A stretch of 64,000 nt of DNA, taken from positions 6,229,933 to 6,293,932 of the forward strand of contig NC_057749.1 of NCBI RefSeq assembly GCF_004010195.1. The letters run 5' to 3'. Below the pieces are notes generated by a model that was not told the origin of the DNA, did no database searches, and saw only the letters and a program-made list of their open reading frames with translations. This DNA comes from Chiloscyllium plagiosum (Eukaryota). Made by a program: the position numbers and the translations under genes. How positions within the stretch are numbered: position 1 is the first letter of the stretch; each line of letters starts with the position of its first letter. Positions 1-11,659 of the stretch are shown one piece after another.

Positions 1-155
1 TTCTGGCCCCGTTTTGAGATCAAGCACCAAATCCACTGCCAAGATCTTCCCGTCCTTTGGTCAGCATTCATGTCCTCTCCACCTCGAGCGTGTTCCCCTA
101 ATTCCCACCCTGAGACCCTCATATCACATCCAAACTGAAGTCCAGGACTTCCCCA

Positions 156-452
156 ACCACAACTCCCTGTGGGGATTCTAGGACTACTGAGTTGCCAACC
201 AATCAGATTCTAGAACTACAGAGACAAAAAAAACCTGCAGATGCTGGAATCCAAAGTAGACAAGCAGGAGGCTGAAAGCAGCCAATTAGATTCGAGGACT
301 ACAGAGCCGCCAACCAATCAGATTATCTAACAGCTCTCTGAAATTGGACATTCTCCCAGATGGCTGAATTCCATCTTCAGCCAACTAAAATGTTGAATAG
401 TTGTGGGGGAGTTGGGACGTGCTCCTTATTAACTTCTCTCACGAGAGGAAGT
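156..452. promoter_or_regulatory. Promoter-like motif cluster (CCAAT boxes in a ~32-bp tandem unit, ACTACA/SBS-like motifs, TCTCACGAGA)
   Basis: CCAATCAGA boxes at ~199 and ~314 and CCAATTAGA at ~282; ACCACAACTCCC 156-167; TCTCACGAGA 437-446 followed by GGAAGT. Motif evidence only. Confidence 0.3.
222..277 (-). mobile_element. Penelope-type terminal repeat fragment
   Basis: ctgcagatgctggaatc...caagcaggaggctg resembles the terminal-repeat ends seen at ~8800-8845 and ~29800. Confidence 0.45.
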
Positions 453-672
453 CGTTTCTCTCTCTCCTGATCTTACTAACCCCTTCAATCATCTCAAACA
501 CCTCAATTTGATTACCTGCTAATCTGCTAATTTACATTCCAAGAAATAATGTACCTCTTGCTGTAAAGTAATGTATCGTCCCAACCTGCTCCAAACAAAA
601 GAACACCAGATCAGGCACTATTACAAGTCTCTATTAAATACCTCAGTAAATATCTCTACCATCTAAAAGGAC

Positions 673-2617
673 AACATAGAATATAGAACATTACAGCGCA
701 GTACAGGCCCTTTGACTCTTGGCTGATGATCCAAGAATGAAAGCCAGCATTCGTCGCTATCTTTATTTCACCTTCTGGTCTGCATGTTGTCAATCTTGCT
801 ATGTAGTTGGCTCGAGGGAGTGGGAACAACTACATAGTTGCTCCAACTTGTGAAACCAATCTAAAGCCCATTTAACCTATACTATTCCATTATCATCCAT
901 ATGTTTATCCAATGACTATTTAAATGCCCTTAATGTTGGTGAGTCCACTACTGTCACAGGCAGGGCATTCCACGCCCCTACTACTCTCTGAGTAAAGAAC
1001 CTACCTCTGACATTTGTCCTATATCTATTACCCCTCAATTTAAAGCTATGTCCCCTTGTGCTAGCCATCACCATCTGAGGAAAAAGGCTCTCACTGTCCA
1101 CCCTATCTTACCTTCTGATTATCTTATATGTCTCAATTAAGTCACCTCTCAATCTTCTTCTCTCTAACGAAAATAGCCTCAAATTCCTCAGCCTCTCCTC
1201 ACAAGACCTTCCCTCCATACCAGGCAACATCCTGATAAATCTCCTCTGCACCCTTTCCAATACTTCCACATTGTTCCTACAATGCGGCGACCAGAACTGT
1301 ATGCAATACTCCAAGTGCAGCCACACCAGACTTTTATACAGCTGCAAAATGACTTCATGGCTCCAAAACGCAATCCCTCTACCAATAAAAGCTAACACAC
1401 CATACTCCTCCTTAACAACCCTATCAGCGTGGGTGGCAACTTTCGGGGATCTATGCGCACGGACACGGAGATCTCTCTGCTCATCCACTGTCAAGAATCG
1501 TACCCTTAGCCCAGTACTCTGCATTCCTGTTACTCCTTCCAAAGTGAATCACCTCACACTTTTCTACATTAAACTCCATTTGCCACCTCTCAGCCCAGCT
1601 CTGCAGCTTATCTATGTTCCTCTGTAACCTGCAACATCCTTCCGCACTGTGCACAACTCCACCGACTTTAGAGTCATCCGCAAATTTACTAACCCTTCCA
1701 CACCCTCATCCACGTAATTTATAAAAATGACAAACAGCAGTGGCCCCAAAACAGATCCTTGCAGTACCCTGCTAGTAACAGCACTCCAAGATAAACATTT
1801 CCCCATCAACCGCCACCCTCTGTCTTCTGACAGCTAGTCAATTTCTGATCCAAACCACTAAATAACCCTCAATTCCATGCCTCCATATTTTCTGCAATAG
1901 CTTACCATGGGCAACCTTATCAAATGCTTTACTGAAATCCATATACATCACATCAACCTATTTGGTCACCTTCTCAAAGAACTCAATAAGATTTGTGATG
2001 CACAACCTACCCTTCACAAATCTGTGTTGACTATCTCTAATTAAATTATTCCTTTCCAGATGATAATACATCTTATCTTTTATAGTCCTTTCCAAACTTT
2101 GCCCACACACAAAGTAAGGCTCATTGGTCTGTACTTACTAGAGTTGTCTCTAATCCCCTTCTTGAACAAGGGGACAACATTTGCTATCCTGCAGTCTTCT
2201 GGCACTATTCCTGTAGACAATAAAGATCAAAGCCAAAAGCTCTGCAATCTCCTTCCTAACTTCCCAGAGAATCCTAGGATAAATCTCATCTGGCCCAGGG
2301 GACTTATCTATTTTCACACTTTCCAGAATCGCTAGCACCTCCTCCTTATGAACCTCAATCCTATCTAGTCTAACAGCCTATATCTCAGTATTCTCCTCGA
2401 CCACCACTATTCTTTTTCCTGTGTGAATACTGACAACATATATTCTTTTAGCGCCTCTTTTATCTCTTCGGACTCCATGCACAACTGTCCTTGATTGACC
2501 CAAATCTTACCCTGATCATTATTTTATTCCTGAAATACCTACAGAAAGCTTTAGGGTTTGCCTTGATCCTAACTGCCAAAGACTTCTGATGTCCCCTCCT
2601 GGCTCTTCTTAGCCCTC
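673..2617 (-). mobile_element. CR1-clade LINE, 5'-truncated, decayed ORF2 (RT) plus 3' UTR
   Basis: Minus-strand peptides KSPGPDEIYPRIL, QGSVLGPLLFVIFIN, HLEYCIQFWSP, FFTQRVVGAWNALP; short-repeat tail; same family as 52415-56880. Confidence 0.92.
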
Positions 2618-2629
2618 AAGGAGGGAAGA

Positions 2630-2875
2630 CACATTGGGTCATACCTACCAGCAGGTTCCCATCCAAGTCACACACCATCCTGACTCAGAATCGTATTGTT
2701 GTTCCTTTACTGTCACCAGATCAAAATCCTACATCCTTAACAGCGCTGTGAGAGTAACACCACCCCAAGGAATACAATGGTTCAGGAGGCAACTCGTGAC
2801 CTCTATTTTCTCTGGGGTAATTAGAGATGGGCAATAAACGTTGGACAAGCCAACAGTGTCTATCTTCAATTAATT
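2630..2875 (+). mobile_element. LINE 3' fragment (CR1/L2 group) whose tail is shared with the second SINE family
   Basis: Ends aattagagatgggcaataaa, the tail also seen at ~35610 and ~43360. Confidence 0.55.
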
Positions 2876-4171
2876 AATAAAACTAATAACTGGATAAATA
2901 CAGAAAGAAGAAACTTAGCCACATCACAACTCAATAAATTACATCCATTATGCTCATTTAAGCTATAACTCTGCCTTTGTTGGAAGGGCTATTGTGGATG
3001 TAATATGATTTCCAACTATCTGTGGGAGTTAGGGATATCTCTACTCTGTTTAATTATTCCAGTTGCAGCTAAGAGTGACACAGATACTAGACCCTAGTTT
3101 TACAGTGGCTGAACTTGTCAAAAGAAATATTCATCTGCACCTTTTTATTCTAATGTGATACTATAAGACTTCCTTTGTGTTTCCTAATAACAGTACCATA
3201 GCTGATGATCTGGAAAGGCAGATCATATATTACTTCCCTTCTTTATTGTGCATTGAAACTGTTCAAAATTAATTGCAGTCTTGCCGGATCAACTATATCT
3301 TAACTGTATTAAACAATGACTGATAAAAGTCAGCCCCACGTATAAGACAAACTCATTTCTCTGCTTCCAAAAATATTTTTCATTTGTATGTGTATAAGTT
3401 AACCCTCTTTTCATGCATCCTATGCCATCATTAGTTTTCAACCTTAGTTTTTCTCTCCACAAATACACGTTTTATCGAACAGAACCTTAAAGCTGGGGGA
3501 GTAAGTGATAAAGTGAGCATTTGGGATGGTGTTGTGAACAAGTGTAGGTGTTTACGAAACACCAACTCATTGTCACTCCAGTGGTTCACTTCTATAATCA
3601 GAACGTAAGTCAAGTCCTGCTTTCGAAGGGATTTTTCAACATTTCAAATGTCAATTTATATTCTGACACCTATAGTGTTTATAGGTTTATAGAGATAAGG
3701 AATTCCAAATGTGACATCCTTTGTGTTTATCTCTGTTCGCCTTGTCATAAGATGATTTTGACTTCACACCATCTGCAACACCTTCCGATCCAGTAGAAGA
3801 CATGCCAACACCTTCCACAGCCGTCCCTCCTCCCACTTGCTCGAGCCAACTACGTAACAAGAATGACAACATGCAGACAAGAAGGTGAAATAAAGATAGC
3901 GATGAATACTGGCTTTCATTCTTGGATCATCAGCCAAGAGTCTAACAACTGACAATCATGACGAAGCTCAGTGCACATTTGTCCCCAAAGTCAACAATCA
4001 AATCATATTGCTCACAATTTACCTGTATGATGCTGGTATACTGAAACCCATTTAAGAAGAGTTCAGGGAGAATGTAAGAACTTGCATTTATATAGAGCCT
4101 TGCTCAACATCTGTACTGTGGACCTAGACAAAGTCCTCCAGTGGAACAATATCACAATCTTTATTTTCTAT

Positions 4172-5809
4172 GATTTGGGGATGCTGGTGTTGGACTGGGG
4201 TGTACAAAGTTAAAAATCACACAACACCAGGTTATAGTCCAACAGATTTAATTGGAAGCACACGAACTTTCGGACAGATGCTCCTTCATCAGGTGATAGT
4301 GGAGGGCTCAATCCTAACACAGAATTTATAGCAAAAATTTACAGTGTGATGTAACTGAAATTATACATTGAAAAATTGATTGTCTGTTAAGCCTTTCATC
4401 TGTTAGAATACAGTGATAGTTTCACTTCTTTNNNNNNNNNNNNNNNNNNNNNNNNNNNNNNNNNNNNNNNNNNNNNNNNNNNNNNNNNNNNNNNNNNNNN
4501 NNNNNNNNNNNNNNNNNNNNNNNNNNNNNNNNNNNNNNNNNNNNNNNNNNNNNNNNNNNNNNNNNNNNNNNNNNNNNNNNNNNNNNNNNNNNNNNNNNNN
4601 NNNNNNNNNNNNNNNNNNNNNNNNNNNNNNNNNNNNNNNNNNNNNNNNNNNNNNNNNNNNNNNNNNNNNNNNNNNNNNNNNNNNNNNNNNNNNNNNNNNN
4701 NNNNNNNNNNNNNNNNNNNNNNNNNNNNNNNNNNNNNNNNNNNNNNNNNNNNNNNNNNNNNNNNNNNNNNNNNNNNNNNNNNNNNNNNNNNNNNNNNNNN
4801 NNNNNNNNNNNNNNNNNNNNNNNNNNNNNNNNNNNNNNNNNNNNNNNNNNNNNNNNNNNNNNNNNNNNNNNNNNNNNNNNNNNNNNNNNNNNNNNNNNAC
4901 GGAGTTTTACATAAATTCATGCAGTTTTTGAGCTCAGAGTTCTACATGAATGCATGCAGTTTTTGAGCAAAGTACAATGTAATCCTGCAAGTACAAATTC
5001 ACCCCACAAAATATATGTGTGCATGTGGGTCTTTGTCTGTCTGTGTGTGTCTGTCTGGGTTGGGGGTTGTGAGTGTGAGAAACTGTATGTGTGTGTGTAG
5101 TGAGTGCAGAGTGTCTTAAGTCTGTGAGAGGGGGTGCATGTGTGAGTGTGGGAGTGTGTGTGTCTGTAAGGGTGCAGACACACACACTCCCACACTCACA
5201 CATGCACCCCCTCTCACAGACTTAAGACACTCTGCACTCACTACACACACACATACAGTTTCTCACACTCACAACTCCCAACCCAGACAGACACACACAC
5301 ACACAGACAGACAAAGACCCAAATGCACACATATATTCTGTGGGGTGAATTTGTGTACTTTGCTCAAAAACTGCATGCATTCATGTAGAACTCTGAGCCC
5401 AAAAACTGTATGAATTTATGTAAAACTCCGTTATCTCACTTTTTAGATTAGAATCAATCTAAACATCATGGCATAGACAGAGAACACAGGGGGCCTACAC
5501 CTTCAATATATTGTCTAGCTATCACCATTGTTAACAGCTAACCCGAGAATGCAACTTTTAAAAAAAAGGTCTTGTGATTTACACATGAAAGAAGTGAAAC
5601 TATCCCTGTATTCTAACAGATGAAAGGCTTAACAGACAATCAATTTTTCAATGTATAATTTCAGTTACATCACACTGTAAATTTTTGCTATAAATTCTGT
5701 GTTAGGATTGAGCCCTCCACTATCACCTGATGAAGGAGCGTCGCTCCAAAAGCTAGTGTGCTTCCAATTAAATCTGTTGAACTATAACCTGGTGTTGTGT
5801 GATTTTTAA
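4172..5809. mobile_element. Non-autonomous Penelope-like element inserted as a fold-back palindrome
   Basis: Arms ~4209-5166 and 5175-5810 are reverse complements around an 8-nt loop; hammerhead core in each arm; 13-bp TSD ctttattttctat (4159-4171, 5810-5822). Confidence 0.75.
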
Positions 5810-6350
5810 CTTTATTTTCTATAAAGATGTAAGAAATAGAAGTAGCCTATTGAGCCTCTTAAACAGTTCATGAGGTCATGGCTGCTCTTCTACTTCAGCT
5901 CCACTTTCTCATCTTATTCCTGTATCCTCAGAAACCATGGGACATAGGCCATTCAGCCCATCGAGTCTGCTCTACCATTCAATGAGATCATGGTAATCCT
6001 CAACAACACTTTTCAGTTTGTTCCCTTGATCCTCAGGCAGAGATTTTCCGTCCTAATGTTCAAGAGTGGTATTGAGCATGTTGGGCAGAGTGACATATCC
6101 GCCATCACCCTGGGCAAGTTGTCGTAATATGGTCATGTGCTTCCCAGTTCATTATCAAGACAAGCAAGATGTTAAATTTCACCACATTTCAGTCCTAAAT
6201 GATGGTCCTTTAATTTGACATCACCTCAATAGCCAGAGGGACCAGCCTCTCAACACCAATCCTGTCAGATCCTCTATACAAAGATACTGGCTATATAAGG
6301 ACTGGATTCTCTCTTTTTACGGCCTCACTACTTTACCCCTCTTTTAATAG

Positions 6351-6500
6351 CTGCATCACTTTGCAACCTGTGATTTGCGTTGGGATGAAAATACATTATA
6401 CCAAAAAGAAATTGCTCAAGTGTACAAAGAAAGAATTTGCTTTTGAATGTGCCAAAACAATTCAGACAATAAATTAAATTTAAATCCCTTTTTTCTCTTT
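6351..6500 (+). other. Candidate terminal exon
   Basis: Long polypyrimidine tract ending in tag at 6350; phase-0 frame LHHFATCDLRWDENTLYQKEIAQVYKERICF*; AATAAA 6468-6473 then a T-rich tract. Confidence 0.2.
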
Positions 6501-6503
6501 TGA

Positions 6504-6721
6504 GGTGCCACAGTGGCTCAGTGGTTAGCTCGCAGCGCCAGGGACCCATGTTCAATCCCAGCCTCAGGTGACTGTCTGTGTGGAGTTTGCACATTCTCGC
6601 CATGTCTGCGTGGGTTTCCTCTGGGTGCTCCAGTTTCCTCCCATAGTGGGTGGATGCTCTTTGAAGGATTGGTGTGGACTCAATGAACTGAATGCCCTGC
6701 TTCCACGTAATAGGGATTCCA
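6504..6721 (+). mobile_element. HE1-type SINE, internally deleted
   Basis: tRNA-like head (gtggctcagtggttagc, gttcaatcc) and V-domain gtgtggagtttgcacattctc. Confidence 0.85.
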
Positions 6722-6734
6722 TCTCATTGACATT

Positions 6735-6992
6735 ATGTCAGCAAATGCAACAGTCGATCTGTGCACAATAAGATCCCATAGCTATAAATATAATTCACTC
6801 CCAAACTGTTTAGTGAAAGACAAATGTTGACTAGAATACTAGATGAACTCTGTTACTTTCCTTTAAACAATACATTGGTTTAACCTCTTACTTTTACAAT
6901 GGGAGATTTTTACATCAATCTGAGCATACAGTTAACACTTCATCCCAAAGATGCCACCTTCTGCAAGGCACCATCTTCCCAGTACTGCATTC
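6735..6992 (-). mobile_element. Old DeuSINE/AmnSINE-like remnant
   Basis: gtgcacaataagatccca ... tttttacatcaatctgag ... cccagtactgca; similar to 62140-62480. Confidence 0.4.
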
Positions 6993-7032
6993 TAACACTA
7001 ATCTAGCCTACATATTTAGGATCTGTAATAGG

Positions 7033-7252
7033 TCATAGGAAACAGGTGGTAGAGTAGGCTATTCTGCCCCTTGAACCTGCTCAGCTTTACAATTGGATTA
7101 CGGCTGATCTTCTATCTCAATGCCATTTTCCTGTGCTATCCCCATATCCTTTTGAGTCTTTAAAATCTAGAAATCTATCAATCTCCGTCTTAAACATACT
7201 GTACTCAATGACTAGCCTCCACAGTCAACTGGGGTAGAGAATTCCAAACATT
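7033..7252 (-). mobile_element. CR1 3' end fragment
   Basis: gtaggctattctgccccttgaacctgctc 3' UTR and gggtagagaattcca (WNSLP antisense). Confidence 0.7.
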
Positions 7253-7524
7253 ATCCCATTAACTCTTAACTTTCAATCTCTGGAGCAAAGATGGTTCAAC
7301 AATCTGACAGAATAGTTCCTTGAACACATTTCAATCAGGTTACAGCTCCGTACTGAGGGATAAGTGGGATATTCAGAAATTTTGAGAGTCACAAGGTAGG
7401 TAAATGACCGTGATGATTGTGGAATATTATGAGCTTTGGTTTCAGTGTGAGGATACTGGAAGCTGGAAGGCAAAATATACACACATGCTTGGCCTCATTA
7501 TAAGTTTTGGTGTGAACATTATGT

Positions 7525-7727
7525 TTAGTGGCATCTGTTTTTTGTGTACTGACAAGTCCTTAAAACAGTTGAAGTAACAGCTGGAAATAGTGACAGGACG
7601 TCAATGTGCCAACATTTTTGCACATTAATCTGTTTGCAAATTCCTGCACAGTATTTGCGAAACAGAACATAGAGTTTCTTCATCATCACTGCAACCTCAT
7701 GGTTCCGACATAATTCCCTGATTATTC
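7525..7727 (-). CDS. Candidate Cys-rich terminal coding exon of an unknown protein
   Basis: Acceptor ctctgttttattccacag, then an open frame IIRELCRNHEVAVMMKKLYVLFRKYC...NRCH* in non-repetitive DNA. Confidence 0.22.
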
Positions 7728-8389
7728 CTGTGGAATAAAACAGAGTCATATCCTTTACTTTTGAGGATATATATTGGAATCATTTTTACATAATATACAA
7801 AGTTATGATGGAAACAAATTATGCACAATAATAGAAAAATAATTTGCAGATACAACTTTTCACGTCTCTCTCATCACTTTGATTGACACTTTGTTGAATT
7901 TTTTTTAACTTACTCAGCATTTTGGCCTTCTGCTGAAGTTAGATTCCTTAACCATCTATACCAGAATATGTCAACAAGCAGAGCACTGCAGACACTAGAA
8001 TTCTGAAATATAAACTGAACATTTTGGAAAAGCTCAAAGCACCTATGTTGAAGGAGATTCAGAATCAGTGTTTCATGCCTGTGATGCTTCTTCAGAACTG
8101 GGAAAAGTCAGGCATGGAATCATAGAATCAGACAGTAGAGAAGAGGCCCTTTGGCCCATCCACTCGGATTGTCACTGAAGCACTTCCTCTGTCCATCTGG
8201 GACTTACCTGCCATGCACTGGCAGCATGGGTGGTACTACACCAGCACCTTGAGGTGCCTGCTTCAGAGAGTAGATGTTTCAGAGCCATATAGGAAGGTGG
8301 GAACACCACAGGTCTGTATACCATGATCCCAAGCCCGACATCTTTTCTATATATGTACCAGGATCCCTTTTGCTGTTGGCTCTGCTTTT

Positions 8390-8845
8390 ACCACCCTTCC
8401 CACTCCAATTCCAACATGACCATCCTTGGACTCCTTCATTGCCAAAACAAATCAAACTGCAAATTGGAAGAACAACACCTCATCTTTTGTCTGGGCAGTC
8501 TGCAGCCCGGAGAACTCAACATTGAGTTCTCCAATTTCAAATAACCTCCCTTCCTATCTTCCGTCTCCTTTCCCAGCCCCACCCCCTCCCTCCCATTCCT
8601 CTCATCGATCCTTCTCTCCAGGCATCCAATCCCAGATTCATTCCACCCATCAAGCAATCAGGTCGTACCCTCTACCTGTGTTCACTTATCCCCATCTAAC
8701 CACCCTTTTCTCCTCCAACCCCCTTTATCTGCAGCTCCACTTACACCCACCCCCAGCCCTGAAGAAGGGTTATACCTGAAACTTTGATTTCCCCACCTCC
8801 TGATGCTGCCTGGCTTGCTCTGTTCTTCCAGCCTCCTGTGTGTTT
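8390..8845 (+). mobile_element. Penelope-like element 3' end with terminal repeat
   Basis: Peptide KLEEQHLIFCLGSLQPGELNIEFSNF typical of PLE C-termini; hammerhead core 8759-8782. Confidence 0.8.
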
Positions 8846-9414
8846 GCCATCCTTTCAGGCAGTTTATCCCAGAGCATATAAAGATATAGTGTTAAAAAAA
8901 AATCTCATTTGTCCGCTGTTTGTTGAGCTAATTGTCTTAAAGTAGTCAAAAGGTTATGACATTTCAGTAGAAAGTATTTTTAATGATTCCCAAGAATAGT
9001 CCTGTTACATGTACACTCTGTAGGTTTTCAAACATTGCTATGTTTCCCTCGCTTCGTTCTTTATATATATTAGTCCAGAAAAATAATTTGAGTTATGTCT
9101 ACTAAAAGCCCACTGCCATAACTGCTCATTAACATTGTCTTGTTTGTTTGTTGAGAGAAGATTATTATTTTGTTTATGGTCTACTGAAAAGCCCCATGGA
9201 CAACCCCGATACCACAATAAATTGAACCATTGTGTTCTGCAAATCATCATTAAGCCATTATCAAGTGTTCAGTGTCTTAAATATTGCCAGGCGAGGGTTA
9301 CCAGACAGCCCGGAGCAACCTGCAAATATTCGGATAATTAAAGAGCAGTTTCTAGTTACACATGACATTCCAAGATTATAAAGTTGTCAATCCAAACCAG
9401 GACAACCAGGAAGG

Positions 9415-9905
9415 ATGTTCTGTCTATGGAGGGAGTACAGTAAGGTTTATTAACTGATTCCTAGCATGACATGACTGGCATATGAAGAGAGACTAGATTG
9501 GTTAGGACTATATTCACTGGAACTTCAAAGAATGAGGCAGGATCTTATAGCAATTTATAAAATTCTAATAGGACTAGGCAAGATAAAATGCAGAAAAGCT
9601 ATTCCCAATCACAGGAGGGCCCCGACCAGGGGTCACTGTTTGAGGATATAAGATTTAAGACTGAGATGAGGAGAAATCTCTTCACCCAGAGATTGGTGAG
9701 CCTGTGGAATTCTCCAGCACAGAAAGTGGTTGAGGGCACAATACTGAATAGCTTCAATGACTTAGATACAGTTCGTAGGGCTAAAAGGATCAAAGGAAAT
9801 GGGGTGAAAACGGGAACATGGTACTAAGTTGGATGATCAACCATAACCCATAGAAAATGGCAGAGCAGTCTTGAAAGGCCAAATGGCCAACATTTGTTTT
9901 AATTT
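9415..9905 (+). mobile_element. CR1 3' fragment
   Basis: FKTEMRRNLFTQRLVSLWNSP. Confidence 0.85.
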
Positions 9906-10225
9906 TCTAAGTTTCCAGGAATCTTTCATCAAAGCTGCAGTGAATGAATGGGAGATTCCATGCTGCCATCTCTCATTCTTGGCAGTATCTTGCATTTTTT
10001 TATAGCTTTATGATTAAAGCCTATTCACCCAGCATTATTTCTCATATTTTAATCTGGACTGGTTGGACTGAAGGGTGTGCTTCTGTCCCGTGTGAGTCCA
10101 TGTTGCATCCCACCAAAATTGATCTCGATGATGGAAGTGTTTGCAATGAGACAGGAACACATGACAATAGGGCAATCTAACAAAAAAGCATTCTCACCCA
10201 GAGAATGTTGGGATTCACTACATGT

Positions 10226-10524
10226 GGGGTGGCATGGTGGCTCAGTGGTTAGCACTGTTGCCTTACAGCACCAGGGACCCAGGTTCGATTCCGGCCTCGG
10301 GCGACTGTCTGTGTGGAGTTTGCATATTCTCCCCGTGTCTGCGTGGGTTTCCTCCGGGTGCTCCGGTTTCCTCCCATAGTCCAAAGATGCGCAGGTCAGG
10401 TGGATTGGCCATGCTAAATTGCCCATAGTGTTAGGTGCAATAGTCAGAGGGAAATGGGTTGGTGTGGACTGGTTGGGCCGAAGGGCCTGTTTCCACATTA
10501 TAGGGAATCTAATCTAATCTAATC
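10226..10524 (+). mobile_element. HE1-type SINE
   Basis: A/B boxes, V-domain, (aatct)n tail. Confidence 0.92.
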
Positions 10525-10529
10525 ATGTC

Positions 10530-10775
10530 AGGATAATAGAGGCAGAAACCCTCATAACATTGAACAAATATGTAGATGTACACTTACAATGCCAAGGTAT
10601 ACGGTTAGGGTTAGGACTAGGACTAGAGTTAGCATTAGGATTGCGGTTAGGTATATTGCAGGTATGTAGACAAAGTGCTGGAAAATGGGATTAGAATAAT
10701 TAGGTGGTTGTTTATGATCAGCACAGACTCATTGGGCTCAAGGGCCTCTTTCTGTGCAATAGACATTTTTGACTC
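10530..10775 (+). mobile_element. CR1 3' fragment interrupted by a degenerate TTAGGG-like array
   Basis: gctggaaaatgggattag...gggctcaagggcct tail; hexamer array 10603-10651. Confidence 0.55.
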
Positions 10776-10849
10776 CAAGTCCATGGCAAGACACATGGCA
10801 GAGATGTGTCAAATGTAAGTTTTAGTGTAAAATATTCCATGTTGCAGCA

Positions 10850-11260
10850 AATCTACACTTCCCCTTCAATCCTTTTCCTACATTTGCTAAGATCATGGCA
10901 TTGTGAATTTGGCCTTAACTCGCTTCCCTGCCTGTCACTCACTTGCCCTTGATGCTCTCGTCAAATTGTAAACCTTTAGAACTCAGCCTAGACTGTGTGC
11001 AATAACCCAACTCTCAGGGCTCTCTGTGAGACAGAACTGCACACATTAACATTCCTCTGAGAGGTGTAGTTCCGCTTTATCTCTGACTGAAATCGAGCAC
11101 TCCTAATTTTTAAACAGTGATCCCTTATTGTAGAATCATCTCTTGGGGGAAAGCATCCTTTCAGCATCCACCCTGTCATGCCCTTCAGAAAGACATCTCT
11201 TTCAATAAGATCAGATCTCACTTCATTGAAACTCCAATGAAGTACATCCAATCCATTCAA
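10850..11260 (-). mobile_element. Old CR1 3' fragment
   Basis: Minus peptide RSDLIE...RDHCLKIRSARFQSEIKRNYTSQR. Confidence 0.65.
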
Positions 11261-11344
11261 TAAAAATTTTGGCGACCCAACTCTATATCAAGATCATATC
11301 AGAAATGACAACCAGACCACTACAACCATTAGGAGTCTTGACAG

Positions 11345-11657
11345 CACGGCACGGTGGCACAGTGGTTAGCACTGCTGCCTCACAGCGCCAGAGACCCGGG
11401 TTCAATTCCCACCTTGGGCGACTGTCCATGTGGAGTTTGCACATTCTCCCCGTGTCTGCGTGGGTTTCCTCCGGGTACTCCGGTTTCCTCCCACAGTCCA
11501 AAAGATGTGCAGGCCAGGTGAATTGGCCATGCTAAATTGCCCCTAGTGTTAGGTGTAGGGGAATGGGTCTGGGTGGGTTGCTCTTCGGAGGGTCGGTGTG
11601 GACTTGTTGGGCCGAATGGCCTGTTTCCACACTGTAAGTAATCTAATCTAATCTAAT
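11345..11657 (+). mobile_element. HE1-type SINE
   Basis: A/B boxes, V-domain, (aatct)n tail. Confidence 0.92.
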
Positions 11658-11659
11658 TC

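Noticed and set aside
3483..3604. CXC chemokine exon (KCRCLRN)
   Set aside because: Starts in phase 0, lacks the third Cys at the expected spacing, and no signal-peptide exon was found
4396..4931. Long ORFs spanning N runs (also 13572-14562 and 43894-44430)
   Set aside because: Artefacts of assembly gaps; the flanks are repeats
9093..9195. Short imperfect direct repeat (ttatg..ctact.aaaagccc)
   Set aside because: Only ~20 bp and two copies; no further structure
10049..10498. Recurring ORFs with KPEHPEETHADTGR-type peptides
   Set aside because: Translations of non-coding HE1 SINE copies
11345..11420. tRNA genes at SINE heads
   Set aside because: tRNA-like A/B boxes run directly into SINE bodies; no complete cloverleaf recognised
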